In this document: positions 61,528 to 64,000 of the stretch, piece after piece
Layout: each line of letters opens with the position of its first letter
How positions within the stretch are numbered: the first letter of the stretch is position 1
Assembly (NCBI RefSeq): GCF_009914755.1
Contig: NC_060935.1
Reading direction: 5' to 3' (one strand)
DNA: 64,000 bases
Origin: the human T2T-CHM13v2.0 reference genome, Homo sapiens
Translations under genes and position numbers: made by a program
Notes under the pieces: generated by a model
The model's input: the letters and a program-made list of their open reading frames with translations, nothing else
Told to the model about the DNA's origin: nothing
Database searches by the model: none

Positions 61528-62739
61528 GTCTAATATTCAAGGCAGGAAAGGTAGAATTGGAAAGGGAGGAGAAAATGTCATTTTGGTGTGGCAGGAGAAC
61601 ACGACATGCTTCTCTGGCTGCCAGGAAGAATATTTCCTGCCTAGGGCTCTGGATTCTCTATGGCTGAGCTCTCTGGGATAGAGAAGGAGGGAGATGTTCA
61701 TTCCCATTTGGAGATGTGGGCTGTTTTCTTGGGGCATCTGGGCTGGTACTTGTGAAAAGGATAGGACTTCGATAGGTACAGTTTTCCCTTTACCTGCTGA
61801 ACCCTTCTGCATGTCAAAAAAATAAAATAAAATAAAATAAAAAAGTTCCCAACTTGACCTCAGGGACCTCCTTCCCCCTACCATGGAGATTCCTGCTGCC
61901 ACTCTTCTTGGCTTTAGAGGACACACTTGAGGAAGCAGAGTCTTTTCTGATGAGCTCCTTGTCCCTGCTTACCAGATGTAGTGATTCCTGAGCTCCTTCA
62001 GGGGTGAAGTGTCTCAGCAGTTCCTTCCTGAATCGTGCCTCTCCTCTCCTCTGGCTTTCTCTCTCAGCTCTCTCTTCCTTTGTCATATTTTTATTTCCTC
62101 ACTTTCCCTCCCACAGTGGAATGAAGCACCGTATTGAGTAGAGGCTGTTGGTGTTGGCCAGAGCTGTAGAATGCTGATGGAGGAACAGGAAGTAAGTGAG
62201 GAAGGGGCAGGGGTGCTTCTAAGTGCTCTGTGCACTGACCCAGAAGGTCCTTTTTGGAGCCACAGGGCTGTGGTCCTGAGCATGAAAGAGGAGGGCTGGG
62301 GTGAGGATCAACACTCCAGAGGGCCAGGAAAGGGGGAGCCACTGTCTCCATGGGACATTTCTGGAAGACAGTTTTCGAGGTGGTATAGTGGCACGACAGT
62401 TATTAAGATAATGATGAAAAAAGATTAGAGGAAGCAGCATTGAAAGCAGCAGCATAAACTTGTGGAGATGGGGGTCAGTGTGGCCCCGATGGTCCTCCTC
62501 CCTCCATCACCCTTCTCCCACCCCTAGGTGTGTCACCCTGAAGCTAAAACTGGTCCTGTATGGATGAGGCAACATAAATGGGAGGCAAGGCAGCAGCTGT
62601 TGAAAATTCAATCGCGGAGGCCTCTTTGGGGCATATGTGGCCTAGGAGTGGCTGGCACAGAAGTGCTGGAAGTAAAACCACCCCTGCCCCTTTCTTTTCT
62701 CTCTACCTCTTATGAGTTTTATGGAGTTAGTATTCCTCC

Positions 62740-63280
62740 CCTGGACAAAAACTCCAAAGGCCTTCCGACTTCCTCAGTAAGATCCAAAGTTCTTCTCATG
62801 GACTTAAGACCCTCTATGACTTGGCCTCCCACCCCTTCTCCTGGACTCTCTTTTGTGTACTCTATTTTGGCTGCACTGGCCTCCTTGTTCCTGGAAGATG
62901 CCAGCGTGCCATGCCACGCGGCTTCACATCTGCTGGGCCCTCTGTTGGGACGCTCTTCTTGCACAGTGCCGCCTGGCTCACTCCCTCACTCCTTCTAGGC
63001 CTCTGTTCAGAGGCTCCCTTAACAAAGAGGCTTTCTCTACACACCCCACATCAATTAGACACTTTCTTCACTCACACTCCCACTCGCCTTACCATGATTA
63101 ATTTTTCTTCGTAGCTCTTTATCATCACCACATAACATATTCTGTATCAATCTCTTTACTGTCTATCTCTCTCTGCCTGAATGTCACTGTTTTGTTTGCT
63201 GCTGCATTCCCGATGCCTAGAAGAATGTCTGGCACATGCAGGCTTTCAATAAATATTTGTTGAGTGGGTGAATGAATGAC
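62740..63280 (+). mobile_element. L2a 3' region
   Basis: actggcctccttgttcctggaa...caataaatatttgttgagtgggtgaatgaatga. Confidence 0.85.
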
Positions 63281-63634
63281 TACATCTGACGAGAAGAGAG
63301 GCTTTGGTCACTCTTTAGCATTGATATGTAATCTGTTGAGTGCGTGTTTGCTGCATTTATCAACATTCTTTTAAAACTAGATTCATTTTCTGATAGTATT
63401 ATCTCATCAGTTAGGGGACCGCCTGAGCATTAGGCCACAAGCCAGGCTATTCCTGGAAGGATTGCAGGACAGGCTTGCAGGATGATGCACAGGCTGGTAC
63501 CCTGGGGCTCTTCATGTTTGAGAAGAGAGCCATGGCACTTCTGGGATGTTCACAGTGACCTCACTCTTATTTGATTTTCCCTGGAAGACACCTCAGGCTA
63601 CTTCCTTCTCTGAGGATGAAGTAGAGGAAAGGAG

Positions 63635-64000
63635 TGTATTATTAGTCAGGGCTCTCTAGAGAAACAGAACCAGTAAGATATCTACCCATCCACCCTATTG
63701 GATATATATCCTATCGAGTATATAGATACACACATACATACAGGAGGAAGAGAGGGGGAGGGGGGAAGCGAGGGAGAGAGAGGGAAGGAGAGAGAAAGAG
63801 AATTTGTTTTAGGGAACTGGCTCACATGATTGTGGGGTTGGCTAGTCTGAAATTTGTAGGGAAAGCTGGCAGGCTGGAAACTCAGGAAATTCCTATATTG
63901 CAGTCTTAAGGCTGAATTCCTTCTGTTTCAAGAACTCTCAGTCTTTGCTCTTAAGGCCTTAAACTGATGAGTTAAGGCCCACGGCAGTATGGAGTGTAAT
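63635..64000 (-). mobile_element. MLT2 (MLT2D-like) ERVL LTR, runs off window
   Basis: attagtcagggctctctagagaaacagaacc...ggaactggctcacatgattgtgggg. Confidence 0.85.

Overview
Primate (very likely human or great-ape) repeat-dense, apparently intergenic or intronic DNA. I find no intact cellular protein-coding gene. Every long ORF in the track traces to LINE-1, Alu, ERVL, Hsmar2 or simple repeats. Main landmarks: (1) a full-length but dead L1PA6-like LINE-1 (8127-14799) with a 17-bp TSD, an apparent 75-bp 3' transduction and an internal microsatellite-seeded 170-bp duplication; (2) a twin-primed, 5'-inverted L1 sitting in an Alu inside another Alu; (3) a multi-level MaLR/Alu nest at 716-2325; (4) a decayed ERVL pol/dUTPase fragment; (5) a near full-length Hsmar2 mariner; (6) a tailless U2 snRNA retrocopy; (7) a perfect 36-bp-arm palindrome beside a MITE-like 120-bp relic; (8) an unexplained 22-bp minisatellite insert in an old L1; (9) a near-consensus 968-bp HERV-K(HML-2) LTR5_Hs solo LTR beside a compact enhancer-like motif cluster. 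I cannot support a new biological system. The best leads are retrotransposition by-products and local DNA-structure events. Subfamily names come from remembered consensus sequences, not a database run, and edges of old repeats are approximate.
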